Source: an uncultured virus (IMG/VR IMGVR_UViG_3300012277_000001)
Taxonomy: Duplodnaviria > Heunggongvirae > Uroviricota > Caudoviricetes
Direction: 5' to 3' (one strand)
IMG/VR virus record: IMGVR_UViG_3300012277_000001
Location: 186,001-250,000 of that record
Length of the DNA stretch: 64,000 bases
Every line of letters begins with the position of its first letter. Position 1 is the stretch's first letter. Shown here piece by piece: positions 8,695 through 17,577 of this stretch. The position numbers and the translations under genes are program-made. The notes below the pieces were generated by a model, which was not told the DNA's origin, made no database searches, and worked only from the letters and a program-made list of their open reading frames with translations.

Positions 8695-10868
8695 TGGATC
8701 TTTCCACTATCGAAGCGGGTCTGCTGTACACCATCAAAGGCGAGCCGGGTAAAACCCTTACCTATTACGGTGATCAACTGCGCATGTCGCATACCCACCT
8801 GACCCGTGCGCTGGAAAAGCTGGTGCGTGCTGGGTATGTCGAGCGCAACGACAACAAGCTGACGATTTCTGATTCGTTCCAGAAAAAGGAAGCGGAAGCC
8901 GAGGAAGTAGCAGAGGTAGTGGAAATCCCTGAACCTGTTGTTGAGGTAAAGGTAGAACCTGTTAAAAGCATCGGTGAAAAGATTTTTGAACAGGCGGCCG
9001 AATCGGCACCGAAACACCCGCCCGTAACTTCCATGGAATTGCAAAAACTGCTGGCCGACGGTGTGCCGCGCACTGCACTGCAAATCGCAATGCACTTCGG
9101 TTACAACCGTGGCACCGCCGTTGCGCAAGTGCTGCGCAATATGTGCAACGCGAACGTGATGGTAAAAGACGGCCCGCTCTACACGCTGAAGCATGAGCCG
9201 AATACTGTTGCCGTGAAAGACGTTGCCAAAGCTGAGGCTGTACCTGACGAAAAAGCAGAACATGAATTGACCGACCTCGAATTGAGCGAAGCAATTCTGC
9301 GTATGCGTGAACCGTTCACCGCCGACCATTGCTTCTCGGTTATGCAGCGGCGCCACAAGCTGGATCGTGCACGGTTCCTAGACATTTTCGAGGCGGTGGC
9401 TTTCTCTGGTAAATTCCTAGCATGGGATGGCCAAGAATTCGTCGATCCTACTGTGGATTATTCACCGGCCCACACGTTCGTCGTGGCCAACGTTGTAGAC
9501 GCCAAAGAATCCATCAGCCTCATGGATTCCTACTGCCAGAAACTCAAAGGCCCTTACAAGCTTTTCGAGGTTGTGAGCACCACGCGCCTGCCTCCGTCTG
9601 AAGTGTTGGCTTACTTCGCAGACATGAATTACTTCACCCGCGATATCAACAATATCCACCACGGAAACTTCGCGCCGCATTACCCGAACCGCAAGGAACG
9701 GCAGGCGTTGAAAAAAGGCCCGGTGGCCAAGCCCTACGCCCGCCTCGAAACGCTGGATCAAGAAAGCGTCAAGCGCTTCATGCTGGGCGGTGTGGCGGTT
9801 GATACGTTCATCAAACGTTTCAACCTCGACCCTTCCGAAAAAGCCCGCCTCATTGAACTTCTGGTGGCCACCAATTTGGCTCGCCACGAACAGGAAAATG
9901 ATTGGATTTTCCTGCGTGATGATGTGGAAATGGAACGTGTCAAACTGGGCGATTACGACGAACCTGAAATCGAGTTGCCCGCCGACCATTTGTTGAACGA
10001 CGAATTGTCGGAAGTGGTGGTCGCCTGCATCGAAGAGGAAGAGCGGCTAAAAGTCGGCCCACTGACTGCACCGACCGGCCAGTCACCTCGCGTGTGGAGC
10101 GAACAGGAAAAAACCTCGTTAGTTGCAGCGCTGAAGGAAGTTGTGACAGCCGAAGAAACTGCCCCGCTTCCTGACCTGATGATTATGTCGCGTGAGTTCG
10201 CGGAAGATATCGGCATTCCGGTTGACGAATTGCCACACCAGAATGCGGACGGCACTTTCGAATTCCGTGCAGAAGATATTGGCAATCTCACTGCGATTCC
10301 TGATGGTATATTCAACCAGCTGGTCGATTCCTTTGTCGGTAGCATCCCCAGTGCGCCGGGCAACCCAGCCGTTATGTCCCAAGGCTTGTGTATCATGAGT
10401 CGGGAAGAGTACGAAAAGGTAAAAGCTGCGGGGGCCAACGTTGTGATGCGCGATGCAGTTCCTAACACTGACAACGTTTATGTTTGGATTGGCCCCGGCC
10501 AGCAAACGGAAGACGTTTTCTCTAACGGGGATATCGGCAACGATCATTTCATGGACGACGACGCAGATACTACCGCCTGCGAAGGCTGCGATCACCACTG
10601 CTGTATCTGCACCGAAGAAACCAACGATACCTGCGGCGATTGCGGAGCCGGTGCCAACGATGAATGTATCTGTAAACAATCAGTAGGCCCCGCTATGAAA
10701 TCACCGGGAGTGCCCGCAACAGAAGGCATGGAACATTTCAAAGGTTTCAGCCCTGATCCACGTTGGATGGTAATGTTGCAAATGCTGGAAGAGCGCCTGC
10801 GCTTCGAGCACCAGCCAACGACAGCCAACCAACTCAAAGAAATTCGTGAGTATTTGGAAACCCAATGA
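8691..10868 (+). CDS. Large hypothetical protein with N-terminal winged-helix-like repeats and a Cys-rich C-terminal region
   Basis: HTH-like segments (HLTRALEKLVRAGYVER; VAQVLRNMCNANVMVKDG); CEGCDHHCCIC...CGDC. Confidence 0.6.
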   Translation: MMDLSTIEAGLLYTIKGEPGKTLTYYGDQLRMSHTHLTRALEKLVRAGYVERNDNKLTISDSFQKKEAEAEEVAEVVEIPEPVVEVKVEPVKSIGEKIFEQAAESAPKHPPVTSMELQKLLADGVPRTALQIAMHFGYNRGTAVAQVLRNMCNANVMVKDGPLYTLKHEPNTVAVKDVAKAEAVPDEKAEHELTDLELSEAILRMREPFTADHCFSVMQRRHKLDRARFLDIFEAVAFSGKFLAWDGQEFVDPTVDYSPAHTFVVANVVDAKESISLMDSYCQKLKGPYKLFEVVSTTRLPPSEVLAYFADMNYFTRDINNIHHGNFAPHYPNRKERQALKKGPVAKPYARLETLDQESVKRFMLGGVAVDTFIKRFNLDPSEKARLIELLVATNLARHEQENDWIFLRDDVEMERVKLGDYDEPEIELPADHLLNDELSEVVVACIEEEERLKVGPLTAPTGQSPRVWSEQEKTSLVAALKEVVTAEETAPLPDLMIMSREFAEDIGIPVDELPHQNADGTFEFRAEDIGNLTAIPDGIFNQLVDSFVGSIPSAPGNPAVMSQGLCIMSREEYEKVKAAGANVVMRDAVPNTDNVYVWIGPGQQTEDVFSNGDIGNDHFMDDDADTTACEGCDHHCCICTEETNDTCGDCGAGANDECICKQSVGPAMKSPGVPATEGMEHFKGFSPDPRWMVMLQMLEERLRFEHQPTTANQLKEIREYLETQ

Positions 10869-13174
10869 TCAACATCACCAGCAGCCGTTTTAGCGGTATC
10901 GTCTCGTACAAAATGGGTGAATTTGATTTCACCAATAACTGTGGTTTGACCACGGTTACAGGACACAACCGTGACTCCCTGATTTCCAAGAATCAGAACA
11001 ACGGCGCTGGTAAATCCCTGCTGTTTTCGATGCTGGCCAACACTGCCTTCGAGCAGACGCCTATGGCCGACACGCGGAAGAAAAACCGCATTCACTCGAA
11101 AGGATCGTTCATCGAACTGACTGTGGAAAACTTGGGCCACAAGTGGACGATCCGACAGCAAGCAGGGGGTTATCAAATCTTCCGCGATGGGGAAGACCTC
11201 AAGGTCCGTGGCCAAGCCTCCCAGCGCGAACAGATTGCGAAAATTCTGCCGCTTACGCAGGAAGAGTGGTATTCGTACGTCCACCTGCAATCGCAGAAGA
11301 AACTTGAGTTCCTGTATGGCACACCGCGTGCCCGAATGACCTACATCAGCGAAGTGTGGCGCCTCGATCAATTCGATGTGCTGCGCCGCTACTTCGAAAA
11401 GAAAGTCGATGAAGTCAAGGTCGCACAAAACAAATCGGATGCCTTCAGCCACCAGCTGATGAACATCAATGATTCGTTGAACAAGAATGGCTGGAACAAG
11501 CAACTGGAAAAGGAACTGAAAGAGGCGAAGGAAATCGTCAAAACCCAGTCCAAGAAAGTTACGAAGCTTCAGACCCAGCGCCAAGAACTGAAGAGCCTCG
11601 CAAAGCAGGTCCAGTTCTACACCGAAACCAAAGACAAGCTGCAAAAGAACAAAAAGAAAATCCGCTTCGATCTATCCGAACTGAAGGAGCAGTACAAGCT
11701 GCACCAGCAGGTTGAGAAATACGAAGAGGAACGCGAAGAGTACGACCGCCGCACTAAGAAACTGGTGCGCAAGCTGGAAGAACTGGGCGATACGTCCGGG
11801 GGTGGCAAGGCCAGCAAAAAGAAAATCAAGGAACTACGGGCTGAATTGGCCAAGCTGGAAGAGGCGGACAAACGCCTTGAGAAGGTTCGCGATAAGCACG
11901 ACGCAGCTGTGCGCGAACTGGAAAACTTGGATGATCACGTGGACCCCGATCTGCGTAAGTTCTTGTCCAAGTGCAACAAAGAAAAAGTCGATCCGATGGA
12001 AGCGCTCAAAGAAGAGTATGCCGAAGCGAAATCGACAATGAAGCTGGCTGATCTGTTGCACGATCACGACGGTGGCAATTGCCCGACCTGTGCACAGAAA
12101 ATCAACCTGAAGGATTTGGAAAAATCCATTGCCAGTGCCAAGAAACGCCGTGGCAAAGCGCACTCGATGATTCACGCGCTGGAAATCCGAATTGCCAAGG
12201 AAGAGAACACGGCAATCATCAAGGATTTGCGCTTCGATGAACGTTCGTTCTACTCGGGTCGCAAGCGCATCAAGACCATTCGCGCCGAGTTGGAAAAACT
12301 CGAAGAGCAGATGGAAAACGCTGTCCGCTATGACGAACTCATGGCGCAGATGCAGGAACTGAAAAAACCGAAGGCGCCGAAGCGTAGCCCTGCCCTGTCG
12401 ATGGAAAAGATCGAACAGCAAAAGGAATACCACGACGAAGTTAAGCGCCTGAAGTTGCGCCTTGCTGAATTTGATGAAGTGCCCGAAGACGACAACATCC
12501 TGAAGCGCTTGGCTGAAGTCGAAGCGAAGCTGGAAAAGGTCGAAAAGAAATACTCCAAAGCCCACAAGGTTACGGTACGCTATAGCTCGCTGCGAGCAGA
12601 GTACAAACTGCTGACCAAGCAGCGCGAAGAAACCAGCCTGAAGATCGAAGAATTTGCACCACTGATCAAAAAGCTGAAGCGCTTCAAGATTCTGGCCAAA
12701 GCCTATTCGAACAAAGGCCTGAAACTGAATGCCATGCACGAAATCGTGTACGGGCTGGAACAGAACTACAACAAATACGCATCGCTGATTTTCGCAGAGC
12801 CATTCAAGTTCCGCGTAGAAGCCAAGGAAGACGGGGTACACATCACGGTTGACCGTGGCCAAGGTAACGTGTCTGACGTTCGTGAATTGTCGGGTGCTGA
12901 ATCCGATAGTTTCCGACTGCTGCACTTCCTCGCCTGCGTGATCATGGCCAAGGATGATCGCCGAGTTAACCTTGCGATTCTCGACGAACCGGACGCGCAC
13001 ATGGACCCGGCGACCACGCAGCTGTTTGTCGAACGTTACGTGCCATTCCTGCGCAAGCTGGTGCCTCATGTGTTCATCATCACGCAGAAGGGCAAGCACC
13101 TGCACCCGGAATGCTCTTACGTCACGGTTGAAAAATTCAAGGGGGTTTCAAATGTTCGATATGACGCTGCCTGA
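10865..13174 (+). CDS. sbcC: SbcC/Rad50-like ATPase (recombination nuclease subunit)
   Basis: Walker A NGAGKS, coiled coil with CPTC zinc hook, signature LSGAE, Walker B ILDEPD. Confidence 0.92.
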   Translation: MINITSSRFSGIVSYKMGEFDFTNNCGLTTVTGHNRDSLISKNQNNGAGKSLLFSMLANTAFEQTPMADTRKKNRIHSKGSFIELTVENLGHKWTIRQQAGGYQIFRDGEDLKVRGQASQREQIAKILPLTQEEWYSYVHLQSQKKLEFLYGTPRARMTYISEVWRLDQFDVLRRYFEKKVDEVKVAQNKSDAFSHQLMNINDSLNKNGWNKQLEKELKEAKEIVKTQSKKVTKLQTQRQELKSLAKQVQFYTETKDKLQKNKKKIRFDLSELKEQYKLHQQVEKYEEEREEYDRRTKKLVRKLEELGDTSGGGKASKKKIKELRAELAKLEEADKRLEKVRDKHDAAVRELENLDDHVDPDLRKFLSKCNKEKVDPMEALKEEYAEAKSTMKLADLLHDHDGGNCPTCAQKINLKDLEKSIASAKKRRGKAHSMIHALEIRIAKEENTAIIKDLRFDERSFYSGRKRIKTIRAELEKLEEQMENAVRYDELMAQMQELKKPKAPKRSPALSMEKIEQQKEYHDEVKRLKLRLAEFDEVPEDDNILKRLAEVEAKLEKVEKKYSKAHKVTVRYSSLRAEYKLLTKQREETSLKIEEFAPLIKKLKRFKILAKAYSNKGLKLNAMHEIVYGLEQNYNKYASLIFAEPFKFRVEAKEDGVHITVDRGQGNVSDVRELSGAESDSFRLLHFLACVIMAKDDRRVNLAILDEPDAHMDPATTQLFVERYVPFLRKLVPHVFIITQKGKHLHPECSYVTVEKFKGVSNVRYDAA

Positions 13175-13451
13175 TAACATCCACGCAAAGATCGTCAAAA
13201 ACCACGATGACTACTACGGCTGGCTTCGCGACCTAAACGTCAAAGAGGGGAACGGTGAGTGGCATACGCCACATATCGACAATGCCGATCATACTCCTAT
13301 GATTTTCCCTTGCTATGTTGGGGTGCGTGTGTACCCCGGCATCGGCTCTGTTTCTATCGTCTATAGCTTTGACATTCGTGAAGTCACCAATCTGACTTAT
13401 CATCTGTGCAAGGCTGGCGCTAAATTGGGTGACGTAATTGGCACGGTCTAA
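13152..13451 (+). CDS. Hypothetical protein
   Basis: ATG at 13152 after a GGGGG RBS-like site. Confidence 0.5.
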   Translation: MFDMTLPDNIHAKIVKNHDDYYGWLRDLNVKEGNGEWHTPHIDNADHTPMIFPCYVGVRVYPGIGSVSIVYSFDIREVTNLTYHLCKAGAKLGDVIGTV

Positions 13452-13710
13452 ACCAAAAATTCAGTGGACGTGCGAGCCGGACCATGTACAAAGTATCCGG
13501 ACGTTCACTGCTGTTCTTCCGTGGTACGGAATCGAAATCAAATCGCAGGTGCATTTGCGCGAACTCGATCTGTGCAAAGATCCGGATCTTTCGTGGGCCA
13601 TCATCGAGCAAATGACTGGCGCCATCGAAGATGCGGTGGCACGTGCCACTAAAACCATCACAGACTCACTCGACTACGACGAACTAGAGAAGGGCAGGAT
13701 TAAGGCGTAG
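13438..13710 (+). CDS. Hypothetical protein; possible HK97-capsid spine-helix-like fragment
   Basis: IKSQVHLRELDLCKDPDLSWAIIEQMTGAIEDAVARA pattern. Confidence 0.4.
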   Translation: MARSKPKIQWTCEPDHVQSIRTFTAVLPWYGIEIKSQVHLRELDLCKDPDLSWAIIEQMTGAIEDAVARATKTITDSLDYDELEKGRIKA

Positions 13711-13786
13711 CCCGGTTCTAAAAGTATGTCGAGTAAAACAGCGACCGTTTCCAACAAATGATTGACATTGCCCGAGGTAAATCCGT

Positions 13787-14020
13787 ATGAAAGACAAGAT
13801 TTTGTGGGACGTAACGTGCGATGTTTCTGGCCACTGGCGTATCTCTGGCGCAATTATGCTGGCCGTTGACGGTGGCAAAGTATTTTCCGACGTGCAATTC
13901 AAACCGGGCGACTACGACCCCAATACCTTTCTGTCCGAAGGCCTGCCCATCGCCATGGAACAGGTCGCAGACGCCGTGATCAAAGGGTATATCAAACTGA
14001 ATAAAGGTGAACCCAAATGA
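13787..14020 (+). CDS. Hypothetical protein
   Basis: GAGG RBS. Confidence 0.55.
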   Translation: MKDKILWDVTCDVSGHWRISGAIMLAVDGGKVFSDVQFKPGDYDPNTFLSEGLPIAMEQVADAVIKGYIKLNKGEPK

Positions 14021-14151
14021 AAGACGATTTGAAATTGCTGAAGTTTTCCAACCTGTACACGTTCCATCGTGCGGCCCTGAAGTTCCATGCCGAAGCGCTC
14101 GACATGACCACCAGCCTCAAGAAAAAGCTGAAGGAAAAATCCAACAAATGA
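14017..14151 (+). CDS. Small 44-aa basic protein (MKDDLKLLKFSNLYTFHRAALKFHAEALDMTTSLKKKLKEKSNK), absent from the ORF track
   Basis: ATGA overlaps at both ends (14017-14020 and 14148-14151). Confidence 0.55.
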   Translation: MKDDLKLLKFSNLYTFHRAALKFHAEALDMTTSLKKKLKEKSNK

Positions 14152-14861
14152 TTGCCTATGGTTTCGCACACACGACGCCCGACAAAGTTCTGGTGCACCT
14201 TCGTCAACTCGGGGTGCCCCGCGCAGAAATCGCGATCCTCGGGCCAGACTTCGAAGCACGCAAACACCTGATCTTTGTGGATGCCGCGAGTTTCGAAACC
14301 TACCGGGACCAAGCAGACGTGGCGGATTGCGCGTGCTACGTTTGCGACGATCCTATTTCTTTGGCACCGTTTGATTTGATGCCCGTTGATTACAAAGAAG
14401 CCGACCGCTTTCACGTTGACGGGTTCACGCTCATTGAGTTCAAAACTATTCCGGCCCCCAAGGAAGTGACGGGGCGCCGCCGTAAATTTGATGTGGTAGA
14501 TTTCGCAAAGAAACATGCCGCCTCGCAGCAGACTTTCTTCACCAACTTTATGACGTGGTGCTACACCATGCCATCGGAAACGCACCAGCTTCCGGTACGT
14601 CAACTTGCGTGCAAGTGGTTGGCGTCTAAAGAGACTTACCGCCAGCTGAATAATCGAATCGAAAAGCTGCGCAAAACCGTCTACCTGACCGATAAGCAGG
14701 CGGAACGTCTGGTTGAATTGCTAAGCACCGAAACCGTTGACGTGTACCGCACCGCCCTGCAAATGGATGGCGACGAAGACGAAGTGGCACACAAGCTGAA
14801 AATCAGTGCCTACGAAATGCGCTACATCCGCGCAATCAACCGAGGGGCCGCCGAGCAATGA
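14148..14861 (+). CDS. Hypothetical protein with a C-terminal HTH-like segment
   Basis: Likely start MIAYGF at an ATGA overlap; EVAHKLKISAYEMRYI. Confidence 0.65.
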   Translation: MIAYGFAHTTPDKVLVHLRQLGVPRAEIAILGPDFEARKHLIFVDAASFETYRDQADVADCACYVCDDPISLAPFDLMPVDYKEADRFHVDGFTLIEFKTIPAPKEVTGRRRKFDVVDFAKKHAASQQTFFTNFMTWCYTMPSETHQLPVRQLACKWLASKETYRQLNNRIEKLRKTVYLTDKQAERLVELLSTETVDVYRTALQMDGDEDEVAHKLKISAYEMRYIRAINRGAAEQ

Positions 14862-15106
14862 GCAAACCTGCACGATCCCCGCGCAACGCCACGCATGCAC
14901 ACAACTTCAACAGCTACAACGCCGAGCAATTTTTCTGGCGCTGTGGTCGTCGCGTGTATGAATTTTCCTTGGGCCGTCACCAATGGTTTCTGACCAAACA
15001 CAAACCAGAAATTCTGTCGAAGTGTAAACCACTCAATGTGTTTGAAATGCACCCCGACACGGCCCGTGAATTGCTGACCCGTAGAGGAATGTATGAGCAA
15101 CGGTGA
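14858..15106 (+). CDS. Hypothetical protein
   Basis: ATGA overlap; PRNATH motif. Confidence 0.5.
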   Translation: MSKPARSPRNATHAHNFNSYNAEQFFWRCGRRVYEFSLGRHQWFLTKHKPEILSKCKPLNVFEMHPDTARELLTRRGMYEQR

Positions 15107-15374
15107 AGATCGCCCAAACTACGAAAAACTCAAAAGCTGGTTGTACATCGTACGCACGCAAGCCGGTTTCCGCCAAGCAGTGAAAGAATATTCCGGTCCC
15201 GATTTCGATATGGGTTATCTGCGTGGCTTTCCACAATCTTATCCGGCACTCGTTATGTTTTCGGACGGCTACGAAGGCTATCACTTCACAGAAGCCAGCT
15301 GTATTCCGATCAACGAATTGACGGCCAAAATCGCTGAGCACGAAGCGAAGTACGGGAACAAAAACGATGCGTGA
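15093..15374 (+). CDS. Hypothetical protein
   Basis: GAGGA RBS. Confidence 0.55.
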   Translation: MSNGEDRPNYEKLKSWLYIVRTQAGFRQAVKEYSGPDFDMGYLRGFPQSYPALVMFSDGYEGYHFTEASCIPINELTAKIAEHEAKYGNKNDA

Positions 15375-15939
15375 TTACGAAGTGGTCTGTAACGAAACCA
15401 ACAACAGCCCGGAAGATATCGACAACAACGTGTTGAACATGGATATTGTTGGGCACTTTCCGCTGGTTGGTTGGAAAGAAACCGATATTTCCACCGGCAA
15501 ACTCGATGCGGGTCCGTTGGTGTTGCCGTCCCACACAGGGCCGCGTGGCTGGTATGGTCCGATTGGTAGCAAGAAATTCAAAATGCTGATGGTCATGCCT
15601 TCTGACTATCCGTGGATCTTGCCCGCCCGCCCATACAAGGAAGTCCGGGGCGATCAAGCTTTTGAAGGCGGCCCGAAAAACCCCGAAATCCAACTGACGG
15701 GTATGCTCGGGACCATTACGGGTGTGCAGATTCATACCGACTGCCGCGTCGGTGCAAAAACGCCACGTTACACGTACGCTATGAAGTACAACAAACGCGG
15801 GGTCGAGGTCACAGTTTTCGACCACGAAGAACAAGGTCATTTCTATATCTACCAATATCGTTCTGCACGCGAGGCCCGCACCGAGTTCAAGGCCCACGGC
15901 GTACAGCCAATCTTCCGCTACAAAGGTAAACGCAAATGA
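15367..15939 (+). CDS. Mosaic protein: tail-sheath C-terminal hairpin motif, capsid-like segment and basic module
   Basis: DYEVVCNETNNSPEDIDNNVLNMDI matches sheath DWETICDERNNKPADIANNDIILDF in this window. Confidence 0.6.
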   Translation: MRDYEVVCNETNNSPEDIDNNVLNMDIVGHFPLVGWKETDISTGKLDAGPLVLPSHTGPRGWYGPIGSKKFKMLMVMPSDYPWILPARPYKEVRGDQAFEGGPKNPEIQLTGMLGTITGVQIHTDCRVGAKTPRYTYAMKYNKRGVEVTVFDHEEQGHFYIYQYRSAREARTEFKAHGVQPIFRYKGKRK

Positions 15940-16214
15940 CGAATAAATCTGTATGGGAAGATTTGTTTAGCCCGGAAGAAGCGCCCGCGCTGCGCCTGCG
16001 TTCGGTCATGTTGCATCGCATCACTGACAAGGTGCTTAGCTGGGGCCAGAATCCAGAACTGATTAGCCAGAAGTTGGAAATCTCGGTTGAGCGTCTGCGC
16101 ACTATGCTGGCCGGACACCTCGACCTCTTCAGCTACGATGATTTGGTGGCCATGTTGCCGCGTGCAGGCCTCGATTTGGAAACCGTTATGCGGGAAGGGG
16201 TGCGCCGGTGCTGA
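15936..16214 (+). CDS. XRE-family HTH protein (HTH_37/HigA2-like)
   Basis: LRLRSVMLHRI...ISQKLEISVERLRTMLAGHLDLFSYDDLVAML. Confidence 0.65.
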   Translation: MTNKSVWEDLFSPEEAPALRLRSVMLHRITDKVLSWGQNPELISQKLEISVERLRTMLAGHLDLFSYDDLVAMLPRAGLDLETVMREGVRRC

Positions 16215-16618
16215 AACTCGCTGAAGGTTTTTCCAATTACGGCAAGCAGAGCACGCCGCAATCGTGGACCGTCAATTTCGACAACTTCCCAAGCGGCATG
16301 AAATATCCGCCGCTCGAAATCAAAGTTGCTGCCCCGGAACTACGCCCAGTACAGCTGGATTTTGCTGTCACCGAAACTTCGTCGGATCTGTGCGAAAATC
16401 CCGATATGCAGCTAGTGAAATGGTTGCAGGATTGGGCAACGTTGGCCAAATCCCATAACGACGCCCCACGCTTCACCGTCGATTCCGGGCGCAAAGGTGT
16501 GACCGTTACGTTTGCCAATGCACCGATGTTGCAGCTGTGGTTTCGTTCCCGTCGTCTGGCCAAAGTCTACGCCAAAAAGCACGACGTTTCCTTTTCGCAC
16601 ATGAGTCCCGCCCAATGA
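16208..16618 (+). CDS. Hypothetical protein: possible tail-tube-like N-terminus plus basic WFRSRRLA module
   Basis: QSWTVNFDNFPSG...VTET...LVKWLQDW; GVTVTF...WFRSRRLA. Confidence 0.5.
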   Translation: MLKLAEGFSNYGKQSTPQSWTVNFDNFPSGMKYPPLEIKVAAPELRPVQLDFAVTETSSDLCENPDMQLVKWLQDWATLAKSHNDAPRFTVDSGRKGVTVTFANAPMLQLWFRSRRLAKVYAKKHDVSFSHMSPAQ

Positions 16619-17241
16619 AGAAAATGTACATCGCAGTTTTGGACGAAGCGCCGGATTACATGGTGCCTACGCTGGTTGCCCACTCGGTGATGAACGCCCA
16701 CGATTTTTTCAAATCGCCCGGTCGTTCGGATGCACAGCGTGCGTGGTACTCTGACTGGAACATAAATTCGTTCCGCAAAGTCGTGGTGAAAGTTCCGGGC
16801 ACTGTGTTCGATAAAATCCACGCGACTTTGGATTGCTGGGCCGGTCACGAAAATACCATCTGCAACGGCGCTACTACCTGCCTTGTGGTGAATCCAGTCG
16901 AATCCGACGACGTACCGAAGCCGCTGCAATATGCACAGCTGTGGAAACCTGCACAACCCGCCCATATCACGGACGACTGGATTGCAGAAAATCTGCCCGC
17001 TCATATCAGTATGATGCTCGATAGCGTGCCCATCGGTCTAGATGCATCTATGCGTAGCACGATTCACCGATATGCTGAATTGATTTCTGCAATTCGCATT
17101 GGTTATTACCGCGTGTGCGAAGGCGATACGCTTTCGCATATTGGCATGTACACCGGCGCCGATTGGCGCGAACTTGCACGCATCAACAATCTGAAAAATC
17201 CTGACCTGATTTATCCGGGCCAGCTGATTAAACTTCGTTAA
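16615..17241 (+). CDS. Peptidyl-tRNA hydrolase 2 (Pth2)-like domain fused to a C-terminal LysM domain
   Basis: KMYIAV...VAHSV...W...SFRKVVVKV...TTCLVVNP; YRVCEGDTLSHIG...LARINNLKNPDLIYPGQLIKL. Confidence 0.65.
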   Translation: MKKMYIAVLDEAPDYMVPTLVAHSVMNAHDFFKSPGRSDAQRAWYSDWNINSFRKVVVKVPGTVFDKIHATLDCWAGHENTICNGATTCLVVNPVESDDVPKPLQYAQLWKPAQPAHITDDWIAENLPAHISMMLDSVPIGLDASMRSTIHRYAELISAIRIGYYRVCEGDTLSHIGMYTGADWRELARINNLKNPDLIYPGQLIKLR

Positions 17242-17250
17242 GGAATCCAG

Positions 17251-17577
17251 ATGAATGCAGTGACAGATGATATCCAAGAATCGGCTGACGAAATCGAACA
17301 GTTAGCCGAGCAGCTGGACCCGCTGGATCGTGATATTTTCTTCACGCGTTGTGCAATGAACAGTGACCACAAACTGGTCTATACCGAAATGTGGTTCGAA
17401 CGTGCGAACGCCCGCGACTTCGCGATTTACGCAGTGACGCAAGGTGATACGTTGCAGGAAATTCACGCACGTTTCCAGCTTTCTATCAGCGTGAAGCGAC
17501 TTGCATTCATCAACAACATTTCGGACCCGAGCAATCCACCTCTTGGCCTGCTGATTACCCTCAAGGATGTAAAATGA
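17251..17577 (+). CDS. LysM-domain protein
   Basis: YAVTQGDTLQEIHARF...LAFINNISDP. Confidence 0.65.
   Translation: MNAVTDDIQESADEIEQLAEQLDPLDRDIFFTRCAMNSDHKLVYTEMWFERANARDFAIYAVTQGDTLQEIHARFQLSISVKRLAFINNISDPSNPPLGLLITLKDVK

Noticed and set aside
13762..13791. Sigma70-like promoter (TTGACA at 13762)
   Set aside because: The only plausible -10 overlaps the start codon of ORF 13787, so support is too weak.
14007..14147. N-terminal extension of the 284-aa ORF in the track
   Set aside because: It is better explained by a separate 44-aa ORF (14017-14151) coupled by ATGA overlaps, with the real start at 14148.
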